Positions 27,201 through 43,847 of a DNA stretch of 64,000 bases are shown piece after piece. The translations under genes and the position numbers were made by a program. Under the pieces are notes generated by a model. That model made no database searches. It saw only the letters and a program-made list of their open reading frames with translations, and had not been told where the DNA came from. The stretch's first letter is position 1, and the number at the start of each line of letters is the position of its first letter. Origin of the DNA: Antedon mediterranea (taxonomy: Eukaryota > Animalia > Echinodermata); contig NC_092671.1 of assembly GCF_964355755.1 (NCBI RefSeq), positions 16,182,001 to 16,246,000 of the forward strand. Direction: 5' to 3'.

Positions 27201-28393
27201 CATGAATCACTTTTAAACAAAATTTGGTACTCATATATTTCAGGTCATATTTCATCATATGGCAATACAATTACGTGCGTAGCGCATATAACGCATGCGT
27301 ATGCACGCTTAAAATGTTCAAAATTGTCAGAATTTATTTTCGATTAAATTAGAGTACGTTTCAGGCAATTTTAAGCGTTTAAAAAATTGCCATAAGTGCG
27401 CAGATATTTGCACGCATTATTGCGCACTGTTTTTGTCCGATTACTGTTGTATAACCTTTCTTAAACAATATCATCATATTGTATTCACTTATCAACGCGA
27501 AACAGCGTTATATGAGCACGTCAATAGTGACAGGCTACGCACGTGTAAGTTAACAAAATGCTGAAAATATGCTAAATTTTAAAATTAATATATATCGTTA
27601 GAATGCTCGGGAACACCGATTTTTTTTATTTCATTTTCTTGAAGTGTATGTATCATATGTATGATTTATTATGAAATTAAGAGAACAAAAGTTGATTAAG
27701 TTATCATTAATGGCATATTAAATTTACAAAAATTAATTTCGACAATCAAACAAATTATAACATTTTCTTAGGCCGAAATAACAAACTTAACATTAACTTT
27801 CTTCCTTAAGAAGTTCATATATTAAAGTTAAAAGTATATAGTTTGAAAGTGCATCATTTTTAAAAATCTTTAAAGATGTCATCATAGTAAAACATTATAA
27901 TTCATTGCGGTATGTAATAATCTATCTGCACCAAAGTGGTTACTGCATAGTAAATACACGGAGGAATCTTTCCATAATTTTTAGTCAGTTGTGTATGGCT
28001 CGGTGGTCTTTGCTCGTGTCTATAGCATTCAAGGTACCGAGTTCGAGTCTCACCTTACGAAACGAAATGAAATAAGATTATCCGTATTGTTTGTTCAATT
28101 GTATTTCTTAGTGTATAGATTATACAGATGATTTATAATGAAATTTAGATAAAAACACAAATGTGGTTTATGACATTATATACGCAGAAGGATCTTTGAT
28201 CGGATTATGATACCGGATATCATATATTATAAATAACTAACGATTCTGAGAAAATCAATTAATCAAAATATCTTAAATCAATCAATTATCTTTATTTAAA
28301 TCAATGCATATAACCTATAATTCGTCATAGTAACAAATTAAATCTAGTTGTCTTTGATTTCTTTTACAGAGCATCCCAGCAGAGAATAACTAG
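9072..28393 (+). CDS. CDO1: Cysteine dioxygenase type 1, 5 coding exons, 197 aa
   Basis: Exons 9072-9235, 9540-9617, 14208-14365, 19540-19709, 28370-28393. Motifs [22 protein letters not shown] (two Fe-binding His plus the crosslink Cys), GIHRIEN (third His), SLHLYSPP (Ser-His-Tyr triad) and terminal ENN* as in vertebrate CDO1. Confidence 0.95.
9540..9617 (+). CDS. CDO1: CDO1 exon 2
   Basis: [25 protein letters not shown](S). Confidence 0.95.
10265..11330 (-). mobile_element. 5'-truncated, frameshifted CR1/L2-like LINE (RT C-terminal half)
   Basis: FADD at 11291-11302, [26 protein letters not shown]...[22 protein letters not shown] in overlapping broken ORFs; (TTA)n tail. Confidence 0.9.
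11649..11848. mobile_element. Tc1/pogo-like MITE (CAGTCA...TGACTG)
   Basis: Inverted CAGTCA termini and Tigger-like internal text; degenerate. Confidence 0.45.
13283..14068. mobile_element. ~790-bp non-autonomous DNA transposon with TIR GG(G/C)CCTGTTTCTGCTGC and reiterated AAATACGGTAT motifs
   Basis: Inverted termini; many internal direct and inverted copies of AAATACGGTAT and TTTCTGCTG. Confidence 0.75.
14208..14365 (+). CDS. CDO1: CDO1 exon 3
   Basis: [52 protein letters not shown](D). Confidence 0.95.
14527..14688. mobile_element. MITE family F (CAGGGAA...TTCCCTG)
   Basis: Short TIRs, GTACTG repeated on both flanks; inverted sister copy at 25838-26011. Confidence 0.8.
16419..16831. mobile_element. 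P-element-like MITE
   Basis: Perfect 32-bp TIR CAAAGAACTTATAACACAAGAATCTCCTGTTC, 7-bp TSD ATCCTAG, internal ~82-bp tandem duplication 16553-16720. Confidence 0.85.
19540..19709 (+). CDS. CDO1: CDO1 exon 4
   Basis: [56 protein letters not shown]; donor gtaagt. Confidence 0.96.
19728..19872. mobile_element. MITE family A copy, 18 bp after the end of CDO1 exon 4
   Basis: Full TIRs, TAA/TTA flanks. Confidence 0.85.
20011..20359. repeat. Diverged tandem duplication, two ~170-180-bp units
   Basis: TTTCAAGTTCAGTG...TTTTGACCTTGT...GAATGCAGAATGTA occurs at 20011-20172 and 20191-20359. Confidence 0.75.
20790..22388 (-). mobile_element. Non-autonomous Helitron/Helentron-like element
   Basis: One end has CTAG, hairpin AACTCGTCA/TGACGAGTT and sub-terminal GGTTATCC; the other end has hairpin GGTTATCC..GCAAC/GTTGC..GGATAACC; CpG-rich interior. 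Confidence 0.65.
22504..23187. mobile_element. MITE family B copy interrupted by a nested element
   Basis: Both halves match uninterrupted copies at 31858-32067, 40536-40748 and 42425-42637. Confidence 0.8.
22647..23103. mobile_element. Tc1/pogo-like MITE nested in family B
   Basis: TIR CAGTA..GAACCTTC.TTTTAC, TA TSD; the empty site is visible in the 31858 copy. Confidence 0.8.
25838..26011. mobile_element. MITE family F second copy (opposite orientation)
   Basis: Closely similar reverse complement of 14527-14688; ATTAG on both flanks. Confidence 0.8.
26935..28349 (+). mobile_element. Second Helitron/Helentron-like element, opposite orientation, containing a tRNA-like segment
   Basis: Hairpin GGTTATATGCAT/ATGCATATAACC at 26937-26962; ATGCATATAACC repeated at ~28305 before a hairpin and CTAGT; A/B-box segment at 27985-28055. 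Confidence 0.65.
28370..28393 (+). CDS. CDO1: CDO1 exon 5 (stop), followed by a long AT-rich 3' UTR possibly to ~31360
   Basis: ttcttttacag|AGC ATC CCA GCA GAG AAT AAC TAG = SIPAENN*, matching the ENN* C-terminus of vertebrate CDO1; AATAAA near 31350. Confidence 0.85.
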   Translation, partial: SIPAENN

Positions 28394-31300
28394 AGGAAAG
28401 ATTCCTTCAACATGTCATCTCAATCAGCACCAATAAAGCAGCTTATTTTCTTGCCGCCATCATCAGTCATTGATCAGTCATCATAATATCTTCATTGATG
28501 ATTTTCTATTTTAAATGCCTTATTTTAAGTATAATACAGTATTAACTTCTTTCACGTTGATATTTAAATCATACGATTTTGATTATTAGGTATTACTGTA
28601 AAACTGTGCTTTATACACATGGCCTAATGAGGAATGGACACACTACAAGATTATGGGTTTTTTTTGTACTTAATTTCCTAAAATTGGATTGACTACTTAC
28701 TGTACTGTAATTCAACAATTTTCAACCAGGAAATATTTCTTTCATTTCCTGCAATGGCTTCACAGTGATTTACAGAGATTTTTTGTTCATACATCTGTTA
28801 CATTATGAATGTTTATTTTTAACCTCCATGGAATACATATTAATACAGTCATTATAACAAGCAAACAATTATATTGAAATTTCACCCTAGATTTCCCTAC
28901 TTTATAGTACCATTGTAGTACTTTGTATCTACTGCCCTGCATACAAGGAAGTAACAGATAATTAACATTTTTCTGGGATGCTGATGGCTTAATTGCAGTC
29001 AACTATGATGATTAAAAGTGTACAATATCATTTTAGATATGATATTAAATTTGATACAGTGTTAATATAAAATACAAGTTTTAATAGTTTTGCGATTACA
29101 ATCCATACCATATCGATATATAGTGCTTGTTTGGTTGCTAAAAATGTGTACAGTTAGAATTATTCTGAAAGCTATAACTATTTACAGTACTGGATCGGTA
29201 TAGTAGAGTGTGTGAAATTATAATTTTATTGTTCAAAGGTTTAACCTTATATTTTATTGGGATTTCGGCTAAACAGACAAACAACAATAGCTTTATTGTG
29301 CAAAGTCACAAAAAGCTCAAAAGGCGTGCGATTTCATATAATATGTTTATATAAAGAAGGTTTGTGGAAACAAGCGTTTTGGGAAGACCGTTTAAATAAA
29401 ATGGTTGCATGGGGGATAATAATTTAGGCTGGTCCTTTTATCCATGTCTGCTCAGCAAACTACATCAACGCTAGAACATTCCAATAGTGGGGAGAACCAG
29501 CATATAGGCCACAAGCTAGAACATCAAAATATCTTAAAATAGATAATCATAAAAGTTTGTAGATCAGAATAGTATGTTTGTAAATAATCTTTAGTTATAT
29601 TACGATTATAAATTCAATTTTCAGTTTTCTGTTAACAGTAGTACAGCATAGCCATGTAATGTATGTAGATGTTATGCTATTTATATTTTTTTATTACATG
29701 TTTTTAACCTCAGTTTTGATTTTCACTGCTGAATTTATTTTTGATGTATATGCAGATAATACAGTAGATGCCCTGTTTTAGAATTACAGCTTAATTCAAA
29801 CTTGGATGCACCGTAAATTGACCATTTGGATGACCTATTGCGTCATGATTGGTCAAATATGGTGGGCATACGTCCGGATGGTGACCCCTTAATAGAGGTT
29901 CTGCTGTAAAAAACAATATCGGTTTTAAACCTGAAAGAAACCTTTAATAAGCAATGCTGCGCAGCAGCGTATGCATGGCTTTATTAAGATTTTATTCTGT
30001 GTTTATAGCCTTTTTTACATACTGTTTAATTTTATGCTTTGTTGCTTTTTCCATTAATTGACTATATTGCATGTAATATCTTTAATCAAAAAATGTGTTA
30101 TGTAACTTTGATCTTCAATTGCTTTATTACAGTTGACTGCATAGAAATTTCAATTCTAGAATTTGCACATTCATTGAAATGACTAAATCTTCCAATGAAC
30201 ATTTGTGAAAATGTATTATCCCTGTCATTTTGGCAGTATCTGATCAGTATGTTTATATAGGGAGGGCTTAAACTTTGTGGAACGGTGTTCTGAATTTACC
30301 CACATGTCTTTTGCATTTAGTTCTCAAAATTTAGGGGGGGGGGGGGGGTGGAGAGAGTGGTTAATACATTCAACTGTTTGTAAATTAAAAAGTTTCTATA
30401 TGTTTACAATAAGACTAACAGTCTTGTTTCGTATACCCTACAAAAGTTATTTATTTCTAGAACGATTTTGTTGTTTGTCAAATGTATTTCTGAGCTATAT
30501 ACTTGCCTATGAAAATATACAGTGTATTTTAAATATTCCATCAATAGTCAACTTGTAAATCAAAATTGTGAATTTTGTTTTAGAAATTTGACTAATTTAA
30601 TCATAAGTTTGTATTTAGATTCTTTAGTCTTCAATTGAGCTTTTATATAGTGTATACTGTAACATAAACCGGTAGTATTGGTAACTGAATGTAATTGATG
30701 TGGGAAACAATTTATAAATATTAGTGTTTTAAGTCAACTTTGAGTATTCAGTATAAAATGTTATAAAGTTCTGTGTGTGAATGTTGTTTTATGTGTAGGA
30801 GGTGTGGGTGATGGTTCAAACCATATACAAGGTATTTCCTAAGCATTTTAAAGCTTTAATTTTAATAATGCCAGTAACTAAATCTATGTTTAATATGTTT
30901 GGTACAGTACACTATTCGAAAAGAGTAGGGGATCGTCTCCCGGTGTGCTGCTGTTGGTCCGTGGAGGGCCTAATCCTAATTTCCTCAGTTTCCAGTTAAG
31001 CTTGAGGATCAGAATAATACATTTAACATTGACTGTTTTTATCCTCATTTCAGATAGGGATGATGAATACTAGAATTAGTCAGCTTCTGTAGTATTGAGT
31101 AATGATAGTCCCTGGCAGGTGAAACATGTTCTCTGGGGTACCGGTATGCTAGTCATTTCCAGTTTATACCAGTATACAGCCTTGATATCACGCCATATTC
31201 AAAAATAATTCTAAATCAATAATATTATGACCCTGTTTTATATTACGATATGTTTTGATATCATTTTTTGAATTGTGTCCAACATTGTCATCTCAAAACC

Positions 31301-31857
31301 GATAATGATATTTTCTGTTTTGTGCCTTTCATTTTAATTGTTTGAAAAAAATAAAGTATTGCAATTTGGTATTGGGAACTATTTTATGTTGTTTTAGAAC
31401 AAAAAAAAAAAAATCTTGGAGCCAAACGGGAAAAAATAGGTCATAACTGAACAATATAACGCTGTGCTCTTCTTGGTTATAGGTTTTGGTTGTATAAGGA
31501 CTGACCGACTGAGCATGAGTACCACAATCATATCCCCCATTTATCTAATTAGTTGGTTTTTTTCCCATAATAAGGACCCAATCCATATTTATATTGTTAC
31601 GTTAAAAAAAGTGGTTAGAAATCGTATACAAACACTATTTCCTCTTGTTATTTAACTAAGATTATTGCATTAAAACTTACAGGGTATTTAATTTTAGAGG
31701 TATTTGGTTTTAGCAAAGTGTGTTGTGATTTATATTACAATGTGCGATATATTCTATTAACACAATAAATTCGATTTTAACAATTAATATTTTGTGTTTG
31801 TGTGATTTTGTTGCCGAGACAATGATTATTTCGTAACATTTATAGAAACTAGAAGCA

Positions 31858-32067
31858 CACTGCTGTATCTCCACATACTATCTATTTCCCGAGGTATCAT
31901 AGGAATATTTTGTAATACAGCATCTCATTATATCACATGTGGTGCCTGTATCATGTAAGGTTAAGTTAAAGGTTAGGTTACTACTAGATACATGTGAAAC
32001 ACATGTGATGTTGTATTACCAAATATTACTATGATACTTCAAAAGTGGAACATAACCGAGAATCGGT
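31858..32067. mobile_element. MITE family B copy (reverse orientation)
   Basis: Long imperfect inverted repeats GTATCATAGGAATATTT / AAATATT.CTATGATAC. Confidence 0.75.
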
Positions 32068-32790
32068 TAAACATTCAATGAACATTTTCTATTCAAAAGT
32101 TCAAACCCGTAACAGCCGATTGAGAAAACTGTTTTGCTACCAGCCGATCACACCAAAGACTGGACCTAAAACCTATCTATGATGTATTATGGGTTGCTCC
32201 TGATACTCATGGTGTCAAATATTGAAATGTGAACACAACGGGCACTTTTGTCATGTCATGCTCAGAAAATTCTTGAAAATGGTAAAATAGATCGAAGCGT
32301 GGACTTCTCAAAAGTGTTAAGGTCTAGATATTAATTTTTGCTTTTCTTGTTTTTTTGTATTGTAAGCAGATAGGCGATAAAACGAATTATGATCAGTCAC
32401 ACTTTACAAAGGTAAAGAGAGAGTTGTGGATATAAATATAGATTCAAATTGAACTGAAAAGTTACGCTCATCAAAGTTGTCAAAATAATTAAACTGGCAT
32501 GATTGTAATTGTTTCGGCGGTTAACTTATGGAGATGTAAAATAAAGGTTAACTATCGAGATTTAGAAACTAAATAAAATTAATCTGTCAATGTTTGAAAT
32601 AATTAGCAAAACCAAGCGGTCACCGACATTTTAATTTCACAGAAGCGACTCCATGACCTGACAAAATCAATTGTTGATTAATTTTCCGTGGCAGATAATT
32701 ATAAACTAGGCTTAAATTGCGATTACACAAAAAAAGCGCATTCTGTAGTAGACAATACTATGCCTATAATTCAGAGTTGTTTGATCGGTA

Positions 32791-32952
32791 AGCTCTGTCT
32801 ACTATCGAACTTTATGTGACAGAAAAATGTGATGTGCCCATATATGGACATGATGATGTCATATCACTACCATATTTAAGCATATCACTACCATATTTGG
32901 GTACATCACACTTTTTTTGTCAAACGAGTTTGGACAGAGTGTGGACAGACCT
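32791..32952. mobile_element. MITE family A copy
   Basis: Full-length match to the other copies. Confidence 0.85.
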
Positions 32953-34489
32953 TTAGAAACGTTACACAAGTTAAAATATAAATGTAGTAAATATAGCCTT
33001 CATTTTATAAGGATCTAAAACTCAATTTATGATAGATATTCATTAAAATTAGATTTCCAAACTAACCAAGCGGTTCATCAATATATTCAACTGGTTTTGT
33101 GTTTGTTCACTATACTGTTATTATAAAAGAACAAAACATTCAAACTGAACTTCATATGAACTGGAATATCTTGAGCATTTAATTCTACCTTTACAAAGAA
33201 TGAATAGACAGACTACAGTATACGCATGGATGAGAGTACGCACCTTTTTATTCACAAACAATAATGTAGGGTATCACTCTAGGACGTAAGCACAACTCAG
33301 TAAATCGACCAATCACAAGTAATATATTTTATTACGAACTATTTAAACTACTAAATTGAAACGGAATTATCTGTGGTATACGTACAAATTATGGAGGGGT
33401 GTCTTTGGAAAAATATTCCAACAAGATAGGAAAAATTCAAGATTCAAGAAATTGTATTGTCATGCACTTTAAAATGGAAATTCGTTTTGCTTGGCATAAT
33501 TAAGAAAATAAAACAACAGAAGAACAAAAAAACAAAAAGAAAAATACATCAAATTGGAAAAGGCAATGTTAAAATACTATTTATAGGCCTATATTAAAGT
33601 ACTGTTAAAAAACTATTAAAAATGCAGATTGCAAAAACGCCATAGGCCCTGTAAAAAAAAATACTGTTAAAACGATTAAAATTCAAACTAAAAATTACAG
33701 CAAAGAGTTATTGTCGAATATTGTACCTTATTATGAATGCTATTTATAGAGGAATCGGTTATTAATTAAAGAAAACTCATTTCCCCATATAAGATATATA
33801 TATTATCTACCATCATTTCATTTTCAAAAACACCTAGTTTAATATTCGTAAACAATCTTCAACTCGTCTCCCCGTGATATAATAGTAAAATACTTGTTTT
33901 TACGTGGCAGCGTGAAATTATCTGTAAGTTTTAATATTACCTTTCAGAGAGGGCGCCATTGCTTTTCAGAGACATATCACAGTGTTGTTAGTGTTGTTGT
34001 AATGTGGCAGCATTTTGATCCATTTAGATTTTTACAAAATATAATAATTACGCTACCAGACAAGATACGATCAATACAGTATATAAACCAGGGAAGAGTG
34101 CTATTCTGACGTACAGTAAATGCTGCGCAGAGGACATCTCAGGTATAGGAACATCTCAATCGTCAGACAGTGATTAGTATGAATAATAGTGTTCAATAAT
34201 TATTTATTTAGGTAATAATATCGAAAAATTTAAATTATCTCTAGAATGGGTAAAACTAGATAACCTATAAATAAAACAAAAAGAACGAACGAAAGCAAAT
34301 AATCTAGTTAAAAAATGATTGACCCTCTATTCCTTGTCACGTTGCAACAAATACATTTGTTTCTTTCTCGTTTAATATTATTGAAAGACAGGAATTTATT
34401 AATTAAATTAATGTTGCAATGAGCATTCTTATTATATTTGTTATTATTTTTATAAACTTAAAAATTGTGATAGAAACTTCCTCATAACG

Positions 34490-34640
34490 CATCGTGATTG
34501 GTTATCTAATATACCAATAATCAACCTTGAAACTTGCACGTGACTAAAAGCCGCGAAAATTTTGATTAAGATCCAATAACAACACATAGCGGCTTTTTGT
34601 TTCCGTCCCGTCTGCAGCTAGCGCACTAAACAACGACGCG
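34490..34640 (+). promoter_or_regulatory. CDK2 promoter with E2F-like site, CCAAT boxes and E-box
   Basis: GCCGCGAAAA 34550-34559 (TTTTCGCGGC on the minus strand), ATTGG ~34497, CCAAT 34514 and ~34573, CACGTG 34537; this is the usual G1/S promoter motif set. Confidence 0.55.
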
Positions 34641-34696
34641 AGAGAAGGGTCTAGTTGTAGGCTAGGCCTATAGATTGTCATTTTTGTCTTTCTGTC

Positions 34697-34714
34697 ATGG
34701 AAAGATCAAAATAA
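34697..34714 (+). promoter_or_regulatory. uORF MERSK* ending 2 nt before the CDK2 start codon
   Basis: gtcATGGAAAGATCAAAATAAaaATGG. Confidence 0.6.
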
Positions 34715-34716
34715 AA

Positions 34717-39784
<5,068 letters not shown>

Positions 39785-40535
39785 TTAGATACTGTTTGCA
39801 CAATCCACTTACAAAGGTAGTCTACAACTCCCACTTGTGTTCATATTCTTGTATCAGAGAGACAAAATATTGATATCAGATTAGTAGATATACAGGTGGT
39901 ATTGTTTTATTTACATGATGATCCACCTGTGTTATATAAAACTCGTAATAGTGTTGAGGTTTGAATAACTGATGGCCAATATTGTAGCAGCGTATATGGA
40001 TATATTTCTATCCTGTATGCATGTTCATCCAAGTGAATTGATCTTTCCCTCAGTAAACAAGTAATCGTGTTCGTTGCGACACAGTCCATCTTCATCCTGA
40101 CTGATGTTTTAATATAGTTACGATGTAAATAGTACTAGATTGAAGGACAGTGTGCAAGTAACGAACGTATCACTTAAGCTTGCTTGCAGTATGTGTACAT
40201 ATCGGAAACACTACAACTTTTATAAGTAATTTTTTGAACTAAAAAAACCTTTTTTTTTTACTGATTTTATGACTCGCATGATGATTTTGATGTTAGTTGT
40301 TGTGCAATTTATTTTAAAAACAAAGATGTATTGGATACCCACCTGTTATTCGTAATTTCTACTATATAGAGTTATAGAGTTAGTCTGCATGCTGATAGAA
40401 TATGTACAGTGTTATAAGGGTGTTGTGTTTTTAACAAGACTGGTCGTCATTGACCATATATAAACTACAACATTTTAAAAATAGCAAGATTGGAAGATCC
40501 TATGTATTTAAAAAAATTGCTGCCCCATTATATTT

Positions 40536-40748
40536 CAGCCGATTCTCGGTACTGTATCTATTTCCGAAGTATCATAGGAATATTTAGTAATATGATATCA
40601 CATGTTTTTCACATGTATCTAGTACTTACTTAACAGTACACCTAACTTTACATGATACAGGCACCACATGTGATGATGTATTACCAAATATTCCTATGAT
40701 ACTTCCGAAATAAATAGTATGTGGAGATACAGCACTGGAAAACGGGTG
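40536..40748. mobile_element. MITE family B copy in the CDK2 3' region
   Basis: Same inverted repeats; duplicated with its flanks at 42425-42637. Confidence 0.8.
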
Positions 40749-42424
40749 TATATTTTATATTGGTACAGCACTGCATTATATTAATATTGCCATAAGAAAT
40801 AGAAAAATAACACATTTACTGTGGGTCATGTTTCCATGCTTCAAAACACTTAAAAATATAACAGATTTTAACGTAATAATTACATTCGATTTTATTCTAC
40901 ATTTGCTATTTCCGAAGACCACTGTAATTAATGCTGATTACTGTATAAATACAGGTAATACAAAAATGAGGACAGTTGTTTGTTTGAACCTTTGTTTTTT
41001 TTAGAACAGACGCGACATTTGATAGTTTGTTTAATTTCAAATGTGCTTTGTTTTAATCCGTATTAAAATAAGAAATGCATTCAGTTAATTAGTCTAATAA
41101 AAAAATAATATTATGTAATAACCTAATTTATTAACCCAATCTATGAAAAGTGAGTTTTCAAAATTGATTTGTCATTTTCTGTGTTCCATAATGCCATTAT
41201 AATGTTGTTTTATTTGCCAAAGAAAACTAAAAGTTCCCATTGTTTTTATATAATACTATAATTACTTAACTAATTAGAAATGGTTTTATTCATAAACAAT
41301 AGCGTATTTTTATGAGGTTATTGTCTGGTGTTAATATAAGTATTCCATTTTGATAAAATATTCTATTCATACACTTTTTATTGCACATAGCATTCCTACA
41401 CCCTAATAGCTGATTAGATACTGTTTGCACAATCCACTTACAAAGGTAGTCTACAACTCCCACTTGTGTTCATATTCTTGTATCAGAGAGACAAAATATT
41501 GATATCAGATTAGTAGATATACAGGTGGTATTGTTTTGTTTACATGATGATCCACCTGTGTTATATAAAACTCATAATAGTGTTGGGGTTTAGATAACTG
41601 ATGACCGATATTGTAGAAGTGTATATGGATATATTTCTATCTTGTATCAGACAGACAAAATATCAATATCAGATTAGTAGATATACAGGTGGTATTGTTT
41701 TGTTTGCATGATGATCCACCTGTGTTATATAAAACTCGTAATAGTGTTGGGGTTTGAATAACTGATGGCCGATATTGTAGAAGTGTATATGATTATATTT
41801 CTATCCTGTATACATGTTATCACTGTCTTCATAAATCATCCAAGTGAATTGATCTTTCCCTCAGTAAACAAGTAATCGTGTTCGTTGCGACACTGTCCAT
41901 CTTCATCCTGACTGATGTTTTAATATAGTTACGGTGTAAATAGTACTAGATTGAAGGACAGTGTGCAAGTAACGAACGTATCACTTAAGCTTGCATTATG
42001 TGTACATATCAGAAACACCACTACAACTTTTATAATTCATTTTTTGAACAAAAAAATCTTTTTTTTTACTGATTTTATGACTCGCATGATGATTTTGATG
42101 TTAGTTGTTGTGCAATTTATTGTAAAAACAAAGATGTATTGGATACCCACCTGTTATTCGTAATTTCTACTTTAAGTATACTCGGCACAAACAAATTTAT
42201 TATTTATTTAAAAAATATTAAAAATATTAATAATATAATATAAGAATTGTGCCATAAGTTATAGAGTTAGTCTGCATGCTGATAGAATATGTACAGTGTT
42301 ATAAGGGTAATGTGTTTTTAACAAGACTGGTCGTCATTGACCATATATAAACTACAACATTTTAAAAATAGCAAGATTGGAATATCCTATGTACTTAAAA
42401 AAAATTGCTTCCCCATTAATATTT

Positions 42425-42637
42425 CAGCCGATTCTCGGTACTGTATCTATTTCCGAAGTATCATAGGAATATTTAGTAATATGATATCACATGTTTTTCA
42501 CATGTATCTAGTACTTACTTAACAGTACACCTAACTTTACATGATACAGGCACCACATGTGATGATGTATTACCAAATATTCCTATGATACTTCCGAAAT
42601 AAATAGTATGTGGAGATACAGCACTGGAAAACGGGTG
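42425..42637. mobile_element. MITE family B copy within the duplicated segment
   Basis: Essentially identical to 40536-40748. Confidence 0.8.
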
Positions 42638-43670
42638 TATATTTTATATTGGTACAGCACTGCATTATATTAATATTGCCATAAGAAATAGAAAAATAAC
42701 ACATTTACTGTGGGTCATGTTTCCATGCTTCAAAACACTTAAAAATATAACAGATTTTAACGTAATAATTACATTCGATTTTATTCTACATTTGCTATTT
42801 CCGAAGACCACTGTAATTAATGCTGATTACTATATAAATAACCTACACTAGATTATTTATAATACAGGTAATACAAAAATGAGGACAGTTGTTTGTTTGA
42901 ACCTTTGTTTTTTTTAGAACAGACGCGACATTTGATAGTTTGTTTAATTTCAAATGTGCTCCGTATTAAAATAAGAAATGCATTCAGTTAACTAGTCTAA
43001 TAAAAAAATAATATTATTTAATAACCTAATTTATTAACCCGATCTATGAAAAGTGAGTTTTCAAAATTGATTTGTCATTTTCTGTGTTCCATAATGCTAA
43101 TATAATGTTGTTTTATTTGCCAAAGAAAACTAAAAGTTTCCATTGTTTTTATATAATACTGTAAATACCTAACTAATTAGAAATGGTTTTATTCATAAAC
43201 AATAGCGTATTTTTATGAGGTTATTGTCTGGTGTTAATATAAGCAATCCATTTTGATAAAATATTCTATTCAATTAAAAATCATTAAAAACAATTAACTG
43301 TAAATGCTAAAATTGTTTGTAATTTTAAGTGAACTAAATTTTATGTAAAATGAAGTAATAAAATAAAGATTAGGTATTTTAAAAGTTTACTACTGACTCT
43401 ACTTTTTAAACAGTTCTTAAATCATTACATACACATAAACTAACCGTTTACGACTCGATTCTATTTCAATGTGTTGGGGTAACCCCCAATAGACTCACCG
43501 TGGCACATTTTTATGATTCGTTTAATCAACAGTAGTGTACATGATCATGTTTAATCATGCCAATCGCACCTAGCCATTTAATTTGGTATAGAAACAGGCC
43601 AAAACGTCATTCGCAAAACATGATATTGCGTGTTTTGAGAACTATACATTACACCGTAGAATCCCTATAA

Positions 43671-43847
43671 AGCGTGGTTCCCACTAGCGACGCAACGCAA
43701 GGACGTAACGCAACGCAAGTGAATTGACCAATCACAAGCGATGGCTTATTCGCTTGTGATTGCTAACTGTCTAACATCTCTTGTCATTGGTTAAAACGCT
43801 TGCGTTGCGTTTACGTCCTTGCGTTACGTTCTAGTGGGAACCAAGCT
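43671..43847. mobile_element. MITE family D (near-palindromic AGCTTGGTTCCCACTAG..., Harbinger-like) nested in a Tc1-like MITE spanning ~43654-44130
   Basis: Long TIRs, TAA/TTA flanks; relatives at ~12351-12465, 46902-47052, 47154-47307, 52583-52722, 52740-52828. Confidence 0.8.

Noticed and set aside
27985-28055. tRNA gene candidates here and at ~2460-2530, 53140-53220 and 59468-59535
   Set aside because: A/B boxes are present, but there is no complete cloverleaf and they sit in repeat contexts; treated as SINE-derived.
41391-41408. Spacer CATTCCTACACCCTAA resembles AP3S exon 6 (CATTCCTACACCTAA)
   Set aside because: Only ~15 bp with an indel; compatible with chance.
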